Part shown: positions 49,598-59,459 of the stretch, piece by piece
How positions within the stretch are numbered: position 1 is the first letter of the stretch
Layout of the letters: every line of letters begins with the position of its first letter
From: Geopsychrobacteraceae bacterium
GTDB lineage: Bacteria; Desulfobacterota; Desulfuromonadia; Desulfuromonadales; Geopsychrobacteraceae
Direction of reading: 5' to 3'
Assembly (NCBI GenBank): GCA_963676795.2
Contig: CAXXTB010000002.1
Span: 576,001 to 640,000, forward strand
DNA: 64,000 nucleotides
Made by a program: the position numbers and the translations under genes
Notes under the pieces: generated by a model
Seen by the model: the letters and a program-made list of their open reading frames with translations, nothing else
What the model was told of the DNA's origin: nothing
Database searches by the model: none

Positions 49598-50059
49598 TCA
49601 ATAGCCGAAAGTCGTGTTCAGCTGAGCTTGTTTTTGCTGATATTTATCAGTTTTAGAGAAAATTTTCTGGTGATATTTCTGTTCTGCCTGTTGAACCTTT
49701 GCCGGTTTCCCTTCGCGTTGTGCTTCTTCGAGATCATCCTGGTATTCATTGAAGGCCTCTTCCAGATCCTCTCTGTACTCTTCTTTCTGTCCTGCAAGTT
49801 TAGCATTGAACTTTGACGATGCACCAGCCGGCATTTGAGTACAGTCGGCACGCAGGTGAACCAGTGAGTTCTGGATCCCGAGAATTTTGGAAATGTCATT
49901 GAAGTTCCTTGCTTCCTCCAGTTCCTGTTCTTTTTCACAGATGGCTCTTGCGCATCCGCTGAGCGTCATATAGCTCGCAGTTGCAAAGGCCGGAGCCGTG
50001 ACGCAAGTCAGCAGCAGGGCACTGGCGAACAGGGTTGCTAATGTTTTGATGTTTTTCAT
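49598..50059 (-). CDS. Exported helical protein (DUF1090/YqjC-like)
   Basis: Signal peptide, Cys residues, coiled-coil C-terminus. Confidence 0.6.
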   Translation of the reverse strand: MKNIKTLATLFASALLLTCVTAPAFATASYMTLSGCARAICEKEQELEEARNFNDISKILGIQNSLVHLRADCTQMPAGASSKFNAKLAGQKEEYREDLEEAFNEYQDDLEEAQREGKPAKVQQAEQKYHQKIFSKTDKYQQKQAQLNTTFGY

Positions 50060-50241
50060 GGTAGACAGACCTTGGCATGTGATGGAATTCTGGGATTGGC
50101 TGGCGACAGTCCCCGTATATTTTGCCGAGTCTAGCTCATTATTCTGATTGTCTGTAAGTAAAGATTCGCAAAGATTGTGGCCCTAATGTAACAGGATGAT
50201 TCAAAAATTGGTTGTTTGTTTCAGCCGGGAATGAAACAGGG

Positions 50242-50266
50242 ACTGACCCGCAACGGCGGGTCAGTC
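50242..50266 (-). terminator. Terminator hairpin after sod
   Basis: GACTGACCC-loop-GGGTCAGTC. Confidence 0.6.
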
Positions 50267-50284
50267 GCAAATGATGAAGGGCGG

Positions 50285-50887
50285 TTAAGCGAGGAATAAG
50301 TGTTCAACTTCGGCCCAGTTGATGACTTTGAAAAAGGCCTCGATGTAATCGGCCCGCCGGTTCTGGTAGTTCAGATAGTAGGCATGTTCCCAGACATCGA
50401 TCCCGAGTAACGGCTGATTGCCGTGCATCAGCGGACTGTCCTGGTTCGGGGTGCTTTCAACGAGCAGTTTTTTATCCGGGGTCAGACTCAACCAGGCCCA
50501 GCCGCTGCCGAAGCGGGTCATTGCCGCATTACTGAAAGCCTCTTTGAAGGCTGTAAAACCACCGAGCTGTTGATCTATGGCTGCCGCCAGGTCTCCTTGC
50601 GGCTGCCCTCCTCCATTCGGGCTGAGGAGCGTCCAGAACAGGCTGTGATTGGCATGCCCGCCACCGTTGTTGCGAACCGCCGTGCGGATTCCCTCCGGTA
50701 CTTCGTCGAGTCTGGTGATCAGGTCCTCAATGCTCAGGTCTGTCAGGGGGGAATCCTTGATAGCGGCATTGACCTTGTCGATATACGCCTGATGGTGCTT
50801 GGTGTGATGGATTTCCATGGTCCGGGCATCGATATGGGGCTCAAGGGCATCGTAAGGATAGGAAAGGACCGGCAATCTGTAAGACAT
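50285..50887 (-). CDS. sodA: Superoxide dismutase, Mn-type signature
   Basis: [33 protein letters not shown]. Confidence 0.92.
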   Translation of the reverse strand: MSYRLPVLSYPYDALEPHIDARTMEIHHTKHHQAYIDKVNAAIKDSPLTDLSIEDLITRLDEVPEGIRTAVRNNGGGHANHSLFWTLLSPNGGGQPQGDLAAAIDQQLGGFTAFKEAFSNAAMTRFGSGWAWLSLTPDKKLLVESTPNQDSPLMHGNQPLLGIDVWEHAYYLNYQNRRADYIEAFFKVINWAEVEHLFLA

Positions 50888-51194
50888 AATTGACTCCTTC
50901 AAAATTGATAGAGGAGCTACCTTCGCTTTTGAAAACCGGGACGAGGAGTCCTCTGCGCCTTTGGCAGCTCCGTGTCTGCGTTCAGTGCACTGTCGATGTG
51001 CGTGGCAGGCAGTTTAATCAGCCTTGGAACTATGATACATTACCGAAACGGTAATAATAAAGGGGGGGCGAAGTATTTTCATCAGCGTATGAGCTGGTTG
51101 ATCTTTTGTGCCGGGAAGAAGGCCGATGTTGTATGTTAAACTGTCATTTGAGGCTGAGCTGTCTGCGTAAAGTGACTGAAACCGGAATCGGGAG

Positions 51195-52064
51195 GTGCTG
51201 GCGGTGACGGATAACAAACCTGTGATTGCTTTTGGCGAGATTGTCTGGGACATCTTTCCCGATAAAACGGTTATCGGTGGGGCTCCGCTGAATGTTGCCT
51301 ATCATCTTCAGGCTCAGAAGCGTGAGTCCGGAATCGTCAGCCGGGTCGGTGAAGATGAGTTGGGCAAGCAGACGCTGCGGCGGGTCGCTGAGCTTGGCGT
51401 TGCCGTCGATGGCATCCAGGTCGATCCGCAGTTGCCGACAGGCCGGGTCTATGTCAGTTTTGATGAAAACAGCGAACCAGGATATGAGATCGTTGAGCCG
51501 GCCGCCTGGGACAACATTCAGGCGCAGGAGCTGCCGCAGCGCCTGACGCCGGGCTCTTTTCATCTTGTTTACGGAACCCTGGCTCAGCGCAGTGAAGCCT
51601 CCTGTCAAACCTTGGAACTGCTGTTCGATCGCGCTGTCAGAAAATTCTACGATGTCAATCTGCGTCCTCCCTTTACGACCAGGGACAGGGTCGCGCATTC
51701 TTTGACCTGCGCCGATCTGGTCAAGGTCAACCGGGAAGAGCTGAGACAGCTCAATGACTGGTTCCTGTTGCAAGAGGGGGATGACCGGGCTGTCGCCCGC
51801 AGGCTGATTGAGGCCTTTGATCTGGAAGTCGTCGCAGTCACCAACTCAGCCAAGGGTGCGGCGCTGATCAGCTGTGACGAGCATGTCGAGCATCCAGGTT
51901 TTCCAGTGACCCAGGCCGATCCGGTCGGCAGCGGCGACGCCTTTTTCAGCGCCCTGATCCACTGCTATCTTGAGGGGCAGGCCTTGCCCGATTGTCTGAT
52001 TGCCGCCAATAAACTCGGCTCCTGGGTCGCCTCACAATCAGGAGCGACACCTCAGTACCCTTAG
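51195..52064 (+). CDS. PfkB-family carbohydrate kinase (fructokinase-like)
   Basis: FGEIVWD, GGAPLNVA, DVNLR, DPVGSGDAF. Confidence 0.92.
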   Translation: MLAVTDNKPVIAFGEIVWDIFPDKTVIGGAPLNVAYHLQAQKRESGIVSRVGEDELGKQTLRRVAELGVAVDGIQVDPQLPTGRVYVSFDENSEPGYEIVEPAAWDNIQAQELPQRLTPGSFHLVYGTLAQRSEASCQTLELLFDRAVRKFYDVNLRPPFTTRDRVAHSLTCADLVKVNREELRQLNDWFLLQEGDDRAVARRLIEAFDLEVVAVTNSAKGAALISCDEHVEHPGFPVTQADPVGSGDAFFSALIHCYLEGQALPDCLIAANKLGSWVASQSGATPQYP

Positions 52065-52443
52065 TCTTTTGCTTCAGAGAGCAACTTCCGCAGACGGGCG
52101 TTACGCTTGTGGTGGTGGGAGGTTGTTTGTTTGTCTTTTCTCTCTCTTCAGCCAAACCGGCCGTGCCGAGAACGATATCACTATTTCCCATGCCTTCGCC
52201 TTTCTCAGGCGTAGAAGCCGACAAGCGACTTGAATTCGTGGTTCTTGTAGAGTAGAGTCTTTGGCGGCACGCTTTCTTCCTGTGGAGGATGGGGCCGACA
52301 CTTCATTTAAAATCCTCCGGTAGTAAGGAGCGACTGTTCTCCAGCGCTGCCTGCTCACAGTTTTTACGCAGGCGGCGAATTGAAAATGTGGCTTTGGGAC
52401 AGTGAAAGAGAGAAAGGAACCCTAATACAGACGGGAGGCTGTT

Positions 52444-54240
52444 GTGAGGTTTTTTTGCCGCATTTTCGTAGTGTTCAGTATTGTATTGCTGTTTTTTTTA
52501 GAGACATTCGCTGCTGCATCGCCGGCCCCGGAAAAAGAGCATCGGATTCTCTTTATCAGCGCCTACAGCCCTGAATTTCCGACGTTCTATGAGTTCGTTG
52601 ACGGGATCGAGTCGGTCTTTGCCTCCGCGCCTGTGGCCTGGGACCTGGAGTTCATGGACTCCAAAAGGTTTTACGATGTTGACTATCTGAAAACCTTCCA
52701 CCAGCTTATATCCTATAAGCTGGCTCATCTTCCCCCTTATGATCTGCTCATCGTCGCCGATGACAATGCCCTGTCGTTCGCTTTGCACTATCAGAAGTCT
52801 CTTTTTAAAGGGTTGCCGATCGTGTTTTGCGGGGTCAATAATGTTGCCTTTGCCCTGGAACAGAATGACAACCCGCTGGTGACCGGGATCGTCGAAACCT
52901 CGTCATTGCACGAAAACCTGCAGTTGATTCTGCAGATCCATCCCGATACCCGGAAAATTCTCGCTCTCGAAGACGGTTCGGAAATGGGACGGGGCAGTCT
53001 CAGTCACCTGTTTTTGCAGGAAGCACAAAACTTCCCCACTGTTGAGTTCGAGCTGTTTTCCCTGTCGCAGTACAGTTTCGAGGAGTATTTTCACAAACTC
53101 AGTCGGATGGAAGATACGACCAAGATAATCAGCTTTCCGATATTCAAAGACAAAACAGGGGCCATGCTTTCGCCACAGCAGGCGATGAAGCAGCTGATCG
53201 AAAACGCCTCTCAGCCGATCTACGGCCTGTGGAGCTGGATGATGGGGAAAGGTATTTTCGGCGGACTGATGGTCAGCTGTCATGAACAGGGGGCTGTCGC
53301 GGCAAAAATGGCGCTGGAAATCCTCAATGGCAAACCGATCGAGGAGCTGCCGGTGATCGACAAGAGCTCCAACCAGTACATGTTCGACTATCAGCTTATG
53401 CAGCGCTTTGGTATCGACGAACAGTCGCTTCCCGCAGGCAGTCAGGTGATCAATCGCCCGTTTTCGTTCTATCAAAGCTACAAGGGGTTGGTCTGGGCGA
53501 CGATCAGCGCTTTTATCCTGTTGCTGGCCCTGGTTGTGGTGATGCTGATCAATATCGTTCACCGGCGCCGGGTCGAGCAGGAGCTGGCCAGTCACAAGGA
53601 GACCCTTGAGCAGCAGGTCAGTGAGAGAACGGCAGAACTGCGCTGTTCCAATCGTGAGCTGTTGGAAAGCCAGAAGCGTAATCATGCTCTGGCTGACGCG
53701 GCTTTCGAGGGGATTGTCTTCACGATAGACGATCAGATTCTTGACGCCAACGCTGCTTTTGCGGCACTGCTTGGTGTCCCGCTCAGCGAACTTGCCGGCA
53801 GGTCGATCAGTGAGTTTTTCAGCCGCGAGGAGTGGCAGAAGATCAGCGCTGTCGCGGTACCTCAACAGGCGAGAATGCTCGAGTCATGCTGTCTGAATCA
53901 TGCAGGGCAGAAAATTATCCTGGAGGCGCAGAGCAAAGAATTTATCTATCATGAACAACAGGTCAAGGTGACCGCTGTCAGGGATATCCGTGAACGAAAA
54001 AAAGCAGAAGAGGAGATCAGAGTGCTGCGCGGCATTTTGCCGCTCTGTTGTTACTGCAAAAAAGTACGAGATGACGACGGATATTGGCAGCAGGTCGATG
54101 TCTATCTGTCCAAATATTCAGAAGCCGACATCAGTCATGGGATCTGCCCCGATTGTCTTAAGAAGGATTTTCCGGAAGTTTATGAACAGATGATGAATAA
54201 GGAAAAGACCGACGATCCACAAAGCCCGACAGACTCCTAG
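52444..54240 (+). CDS. Membrane sensor: periplasmic binding-protein-like domain, TM, coiled coil, PAS, C-terminal Cys/His domain; no kinase or cyclase domain
   Basis: DLEFMDSKR, PIVFCGVN, HEQG, TM, PAS, LPLCCYCKKVRDDDGYW...SHGICPDC. Confidence 0.85.
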   Translation: MRFFCRIFVVFSIVLLFFLETFAAASPAPEKEHRILFISAYSPEFPTFYEFVDGIESVFASAPVAWDLEFMDSKRFYDVDYLKTFHQLISYKLAHLPPYDLLIVADDNALSFALHYQKSLFKGLPIVFCGVNNVAFALEQNDNPLVTGIVETSSLHENLQLILQIHPDTRKILALEDGSEMGRGSLSHLFLQEAQNFPTVEFELFSLSQYSFEEYFHKLSRMEDTTKIISFPIFKDKTGAMLSPQQAMKQLIENASQPIYGLWSWMMGKGIFGGLMVSCHEQGAVAAKMALEILNGKPIEELPVIDKSSNQYMFDYQLMQRFGIDEQSLPAGSQVINRPFSFYQSYKGLVWATISAFILLLALVVVMLINIVHRRRVEQELASHKETLEQQVSERTAELRCSNRELLESQKRNHALADAAFEGIVFTIDDQILDANAAFAALLGVPLSELAGRSISEFFSREEWQKISAVAVPQQARMLESCCLNHAGQKIILEAQSKEFIYHEQQVKVTAVRDIRERKKAEEEIRVLRGILPLCCYCKKVRDDDGYWQQVDVYLSKYSEADISHGICPDCLKKDFPEVYEQMMNKEKTDDPQSPTDS

Positions 54241-54498
54241 CCTGGAAATCGGGAGGGTCTGGTCCTGACTTTACCAGGTTGTTTTGTCTGAAATGATCTT
54301 TCGCACCATGAAATGGTCTGAAAGCCCTGCGTTATGAAGCTTTTTCGATTCTGCCCATCAGCGCAGCTCATCATCAACGGGCAGAACCGAATTTATTTAA
54401 TCAACAGCTGCTTTTATCGGGAGACTGGGGTGCACGATAATGGGTCCCTTTTTGACTTGGAGGCTTCAGAACGCGCGGCTGCAAACCGTTGTTATCAG

Positions 54499-54871
54499 TT
54501 ATCCACCTGTCAAATTCACCAACTTTGATTTGCTGTGGATAACTGTGTGGAAGAAATGTTGTCCCATGTGGAAGAGGGGGCTGAGGGCGCAACAACTCGT
54601 CACTTTTTGTGTCGATAAACCTGAATTTACATATTGACTAAAATTTAGGCGGATTTTCTTTGTTGGTCATTGAGATCAGTATTCATGAGGGTTTGGTGGG
54701 TTTTATCGGGCCGGAATGACAGATCTCACCCTGCCGGTGACGTAAATTGCCCGGTTGTGAAACACTTTTCCTCAATCAGAAACGGATCAACAGCTCCGAA
54801 GCGATATACACAGGCTGTATGTGATTAGTTGTGGATAACCGTGTGGAGGAAATGTGACCTGTTGTGGAGGA
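54499..54871. promoter_or_regulatory. DnaA-box cluster
   Basis: Perfect TGTGGATAA at 54534 and 54830; near-matches at 54499, 54546, 54567, 54610, 54804, 54842, 54863. Confidence 0.75.
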
Positions 54872-55027
54872 GAGGCAAGAAGCACGAAAAATCCGCAGCT
54901 TGCCATGTCGACAAATTTGAACCAGCGTGTTGATGAATTTTTGGGCTCTGAACAAGAGCCCTGTCAGCCTGCCGGTTGTCGACAGTGTGCAAGTCCGGTG
55001 CTTGGCCTGGCAAATGGGGACGCAGAT

Positions 55028-55059
55028 AAAAAAGCCTGTCGACAAGAGTGACAGGCTTG
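55028..55059 (-). terminator. Terminator of the small HTH gene
   Basis: AAGCCTGTC-N9-GACAGGCTT with an A-run on its left (U-tract on the minus strand). Confidence 0.7.
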
Positions 55060-55080
55060 GTGAACATACAATGTTGAGAT

Positions 55081-55257
55081 TCAGGCTGCTGTCCAGTAGC
55101 AGCGTTTGGGCGAGACGATCTGGCCGTCCTTTTTCAGCTTGGTCATCGCTTTATCGACCTCTTTACGGTCGAGACCACCCAGTTCGGCAATTTTACCGGC
55201 GTTTAACGGCTCTGCAGAAGCGCGCATAATCTCGAGAATTTTTTTGCTGATTTCCAT
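55081..55257 (-). CDS. 58-aa winged-helix protein (not in the ORF track)
   Basis: MEISKKILEIMRASAEPLNAGKIAELGGLDRKEVDKAMTKLKKDGQIVSPKRCYWTAA; AAGGAG RBS; own terminator. Confidence 0.85.
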   Translation of the reverse strand: MEISKKILEIMRASAEPLNAGKIAELGGLDRKEVDKAMTKLKKDGQIVSPKRCYWTAA

Positions 55258-55374
55258 CGGGTGCTATCTCCTTTTGAATGCATCGATAGTATCTTCTTCA
55301 CTTCGATGAAAGATAACCAAAATAGTATTAATTATCAAGAGAAAAGATATTCGGCGACGAATCTGTTCTGCATT

Positions 55375-56391
55375 TCAGCTGATCTCCCTTGCCAGCCAGG
55401 TTCCGACTGTCTGGAGTTGCTCCTGATAGTGAGGCAGCTGACTGTTCAGTGAAGCGATTGTCGCGGAGATATCCGCTGCCCGGTAGGGCGTTTCCGTCAA
55501 ACTATCAGCCAGCATTTCAAGCGGCAACGGATCGAGCATGTCTGTATACAACCTGGCATTTTCAATGGTTCCGTTGACAACGTTGAGGAGAAGTTCCACG
55601 CCACCCCAGTCGAAGCGTTCATCCATGGCGTGGGTGAAGGGGGGCGTCTTGCCGAAGTTCCAGTCCCAGCTGCACTGGGTCGCAAACTTTTCCTCAAAGC
55701 CGGGCAGGTCGGCGGAGTGCTCCGGGTTGATATATTCCGGTGTGACATCGATCTGGTAGTAGTCCTGATAGGCTGCGATCATGGCTGTGCAGACAGCCTG
55801 GTGATCGATTCCTGGTAGCAGCTCGTTGAGGTTCAGAACACGCGATCTGACCGAAGAGATCCCTTTGGTCTCGAGTTTCTTCGGATCGGGGTTCAGGTAG
55901 TTTCCAAGGCGCTGCAAATCCGCACTCAACAGCAGGGTACCGTGATGAAAGCCGCGATCAACAGTCTCACGGTAGGCCGAGCCGGAGAATTTGCGCAGGC
56001 CGTTCTCGTCCTCGATGACCAGGTCGTTGCGGCCGTTGGCTTTGCCCTGAATCCCCAGTTTGTTCAGGGCGTTGAGGACAATATGGGTGGAGACGCTTTT
56101 GTCGTACTCCGGTTTGCCGGCCATGAAGGTGAAGTTGCTGTTGCCCAGATCGTGAAAGACCGCTCCGCCGCCGGTCTGACGGCGGGCGAGGCGGATACCG
56201 TCCTGCTCCATGCGCCCTGTATTGCATTCGCGCCAGGGGTTCTGGGCTCGGCCGATCACCACGGTATCGGCGTTCTGCCAGAGAAACAGAACCCGCTGAT
56301 CTGCGGGCATACGCCGGAAGATGATGTCCTCGACCGTCAGGTTGAACCAGGGGTCGGTCGAGGTGGCAATGAGAATGCGCGTTGTTTTCAT
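55375..56391 (-). CDS. lplA: Lipoate-protein ligase A
   Basis: [47 protein letters not shown]. Confidence 0.95.
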   Translation of the reverse strand: MKTTRILIATSTDPWFNLTVEDIIFRRMPADQRVLFLWQNADTVVIGRAQNPWRECNTGRMEQDGIRLARRQTGGGAVFHDLGNSNFTFMAGKPEYDKSVSTHIVLNALNKLGIQGKANGRNDLVIEDENGLRKFSGSAYRETVDRGFHHGTLLLSADLQRLGNYLNPDPKKLETKGISSVRSRVLNLNELLPGIDHQAVCTAMIAAYQDYYQIDVTPEYINPEHSADLPGFEEKFATQCSWDWNFGKTPPFTHAMDERFDWGGVELLLNVVNGTIENARLYTDMLDPLPLEMLADSLTETPYRAADISATIASLNSQLPHYQEQLQTVGTWLAREIS

Positions 56392-56621
56392 TCTTGTTCT
56401 CGTCTTGTTGGCAAAATGTCAGAGATAGTTATTATCCAGGACACCATTATAAGCAGAACGACCCGCTGAAGATAAGGGGGCTGATTTGTCCGAAGCCAGG
56501 CTCAGTTCGAAGTGCTGTGGAGAGTGTTTCTCTCGAGTATTACATGCGACTTCCGTGCTAGACTGTTTTATCTTGCACGCTATTTTTCAGGTTTGTTCGA
56601 ACAAAGGTCAGGGAGGAAGTC

Positions 56622-57044
56622 GTGTCTGTCAGAATTGAATTTGATTGCAAGAATGTCGACTGGAATGCTTTGAAGGAGATCCTTAAGCTGGTTGGAATGG
56701 CTAATTTTGAGCCGGAGAAACATCGCCGTGCTTTTGAATCCAGCTATGTGACCGTTTTTGTCTATCTCGATAACCGTTTGGTCGGTTTCGGCCGGGCTGT
56801 TTCTGACGGTGAATACGAAGCCGCTATCTATGATATCGCGGTTCATCCTGATCATCAGCGGCGCGGGCTTGGCAAGTTGGTCATGGATCGGATTGGCGAA
56901 CAGCTTTCGTTCTGTAATCTGATACTTTTTGCCAATCCGGGCAAGGAAGGTTTTTACGCGAAGCAGGGGTTCAGGAAGATGAAGACCGGGATGGCGCGGT
57001 TTATTGATTTTGATAAGATGGAGAGCCTGGGATTTATCGAATAG
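56622..57044 (+). CDS. GNAT-family acetyltransferase
   Basis: LVGFGR, DIAVHPDHQRRGLG, FYAKQGF; GGAGG RBS. Confidence 0.9.
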   Translation: MSVRIEFDCKNVDWNALKEILKLVGMANFEPEKHRRAFESSYVTVFVYLDNRLVGFGRAVSDGEYEAAIYDIAVHPDHQRRGLGKLVMDRIGEQLSFCNLILFANPGKEGFYAKQGFRKMKTGMARFIDFDKMESLGFIE

Positions 57045-57083
57045 TTTTAAAGTGTGGTTATGGCCAGAGCTGACGAAACATGT

Positions 57084-58319
57084 TCAGGTGAATTCAACCC
57101 TTCGTGTGATCGGTTGGTTGGCTGTTGAGGAGATCTCCTGTGAGGTGTCAAAAACAACCCGGTTGCGGCCTTTGTTTTTTGCGCAGTAGAGGCATTGGTC
57201 GGCCATCTGTAACAGGTGGTCTATCGATTTTTGTTCGGAAAGAGAGGAGACGCCGAAACTTGCCGTTACAGAGATCTGTTCAAAGAAGGAGTGTCTGCTG
57301 ATCTGCTGACGCAGTCTTTCCGCGAGTAATGCTGCTTCTGAACAGTTGATTGCGGGACAGATGACGATAAATTCCTCTCCGCCCCAGCGCCCACAACTGT
57401 CGGTTTCCCGGATCGATTTTTCCAGGATTCGAGCAATGCCCTCCAGGACCAAATCTCCTGTTGCGTGCCCATGATTATCATTGATGTCTTTGAAATTGTC
57501 GATATCGAGCAAAATGACCGACAGTTCTGTCGATTTCTGTAACGTCTCTTCAGCATGTTGAATCAGAATGTTGTTGATTTTTCTCCGGTTGTGGAGATTT
57601 GTCAGTTCGTCCTGCTCGGAGAGGGCTTTCAATTGTGAATTGATGCGTTTAATTTCCTGATTTTTTTGCACCAGCGACGAGTTTTTTCTTTCGATGATTT
57701 CATTGGCGATGAACTGCTTGACGTAATTGCGGTAATTCAGCAGTGAAACCAGCAAGGCAATAATGGTGTTTGAGATGATATCGGCGACATAAAAGCGTTC
57801 GACAATTTCGGGATGGATTGCCAGCATCAGGCCGATGGACGAAAGACTCAGTAAGCCATAGAGGCTCACGCTGAGCCAGGGGTAGATGACCCAGATGACC
57901 GAAGAGCCATAAAGGACGGCAATGAAGACGGTCGGAATACGAAAGGCTGCGGGGTCGAACTCAATCGAGGTGAAGCGGATCAATGCGATCAACATGCCGG
58001 TAAAGACAAGGGCCGGAGGAAAAATCTCATGTAGTCGGGTGGGGCAAGCAGGTTTTCGCCATTGAAAATACAGGCTGATGATAAAGAAAATGATCATCAG
58101 CAACGCTGATGTGTTGTAACAGCTTTGGAGCTGAGTTCCCGGTGAGCTGACATAGACGGAATAGTAGAGCTGTTCAACGACAAGGAACCCGGAAATAATC
58201 AGAATCATCAAGTTATTTCTGACAAAGAGCCGCTGCCTGAACTTGTCCCGCGCCGCTTTGCGAACCTGGGGGAAAAGGCTGTTCCTGATTTTTATAAAAG
58301 CCATAAATCCCGTTTGCAT
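57084..58319 (-). CDS. Membrane-anchored diguanylate cyclase (start uncertain)
   Basis: About six TMs, DELTNLHNRR, DIDNFKDIND, GRWGGEEF with RETD I-site. Confidence 0.92.
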   Translation of the reverse strand: MQTGFMAFIKIRNSLFPQVRKAARDKFRQRLFVRNNLMILIISGFLVVEQLYYSVYVSSPGTQLQSCYNTSALLMIIFFIISLYFQWRKPACPTRLHEIFPPALVFTGMLIALIRFTSIEFDPAAFRIPTVFIAVLYGSSVIWVIYPWLSVSLYGLLSLSSIGLMLAIHPEIVERFYVADIISNTIIALLVSLLNYRNYVKQFIANEIIERKNSSLVQKNQEIKRINSQLKALSEQDELTNLHNRRKINNILIQHAEETLQKSTELSVILLDIDNFKDINDNHGHATGDLVLEGIARILEKSIRETDSCGRWGGEEFIVICPAINCSEAALLAERLRQQISRHSFFEQISVTASFGVSSLSEQKSIDHLLQMADQCLYCAKNKGRNRVVFDTSQEISSTANQPITRRVEFT

Positions 58320-58531
58320 TCGGCAGCGTTGCTGGCCGCCGTCCGGAGACTCCGGAGGGGAGCCGGCGATCCCGCCGGTCCTTGTTGATATAGTCAAGTC
58401 AATTGTTGGCTGTTGTCATATTCTACAGTAAAATTTGTTTTAGAAAATTATCAGCCGGTTAAGTTTTTTATCGGCTGATGGGGCGCGATAGTTTAAAGTT
58501 TTATCTTGTCCTCGTAAAATCATGGAGCTGA

Positions 58532-59380
58532 ATGATGAAGTCTCTTGGTATCTGCACCTGGACTCTGGGTATCGAAAACCTCGATGCTCTGTTGGCAAAA
58601 GTTCGGGCTCTTGAACTCGATTGCTTTCAATACGCAGAGCCGCTTGAGGCCCACCCCGCGGTTGAGGTAAGAAATATGGCGGAGAGATTGGGGTTGGAAG
58701 TCGTCATGTTTGATCCGCCGGATCTTAAGCCGGGGAAAAAATATGGTTCGGCAAGCATGGAGAATGCGCTGGCCTGTTACCGATGTGCACTTTCTTATGC
58801 AGCACAGCTCGGTTGCGGGATGACCCTGCACGGTTTGAGCAACTGGACCGAGGATTGTGTTTCCGACGAAGAGGCCTGGGCGTTTCTGGCCGAAGCCGTA
58901 CGGAGCATCGCCGGGGAGGCCAAGGAGCGCAATATCCCGGTCAGTTACGAGCCCTGTAATATGTATGAGCTGCCGCTGGTTCATAGCGCCGATGATGTCG
59001 AAAAATTGCTGGCGATGTGTGGCTGCGACAACATAGAGATTATGCTCGACAGCTTCAATATGAATCTGGCCGAGAAGGATCCGCTTGCGACCCTGGAAAG
59101 ATGGGCGGCAAAAATGTCCGTTTACCATCTGTCCGGCTCAAATCGTGAAGGGATCGTCCAGAGCCATATTGATTTCAGGGCCCAATACAATGCCCTGGTC
59201 AAAGGCGGATTTAACGGAGCCTGCGTGATGGAAATGCTGATCAGCAGTAACCCGGTCAATACCCCGCCACGCAATGAGCGGGAAATGCAGCGCCTGACCG
59301 AGATCCTGGTCGAGAGTCGCGATCTTTGGCGGAGCTACGGGCAACAGGTCAGCTCAAGAAGTCGTTCCGCACAGGGGTGA
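58532..59380 (+). CDS. Sugar phosphate isomerase/epimerase (ketose 3-epimerase-like TIM barrel)
   Basis: YEPCNMYE, MLDSFNMN, YHLSGSNR. Confidence 0.8.
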   Translation: MMKSLGICTWTLGIENLDALLAKVRALELDCFQYAEPLEAHPAVEVRNMAERLGLEVVMFDPPDLKPGKKYGSASMENALACYRCALSYAAQLGCGMTLHGLSNWTEDCVSDEEAWAFLAEAVRSIAGEAKERNIPVSYEPCNMYELPLVHSADDVEKLLAMCGCDNIEIMLDSFNMNLAEKDPLATLERWAAKMSVYHLSGSNREGIVQSHIDFRAQYNALVKGGFNGACVMEMLISSNPVNTPPRNEREMQRLTEILVESRDLWRSYGQQVSSRSRSAQG

Positions 59381-59459
59381 AGCTGTCGATCAGGCGGACA
59401 AGCTCGGTTAACAGCTGGATGGAATGCGGTATGTTGGGCGGTACCGTATACATTAAAGT

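Noticed and set aside
52061..52306. Minus-strand ORF with GGAGG RBS and in-frame TGA, considered as a selenoprotein
   Set aside because: The frame also contains TAG and further TGA stops; no Sec-like motif; at most a 33-aa peptide or gene remnant
54499..54871. Firm call as oriC
   Set aside because: No origin-linked genes, no clear DnaA-trio run, no visible skew switch; kept only as a DnaA-box cluster
55005..55060. Possible c-di-GMP-I riboswitch (GGCAAA..GGGACGCA)
   Set aside because: Spacing and second stem do not fit; the hairpin is explained as the terminator of the small minus-strand gene
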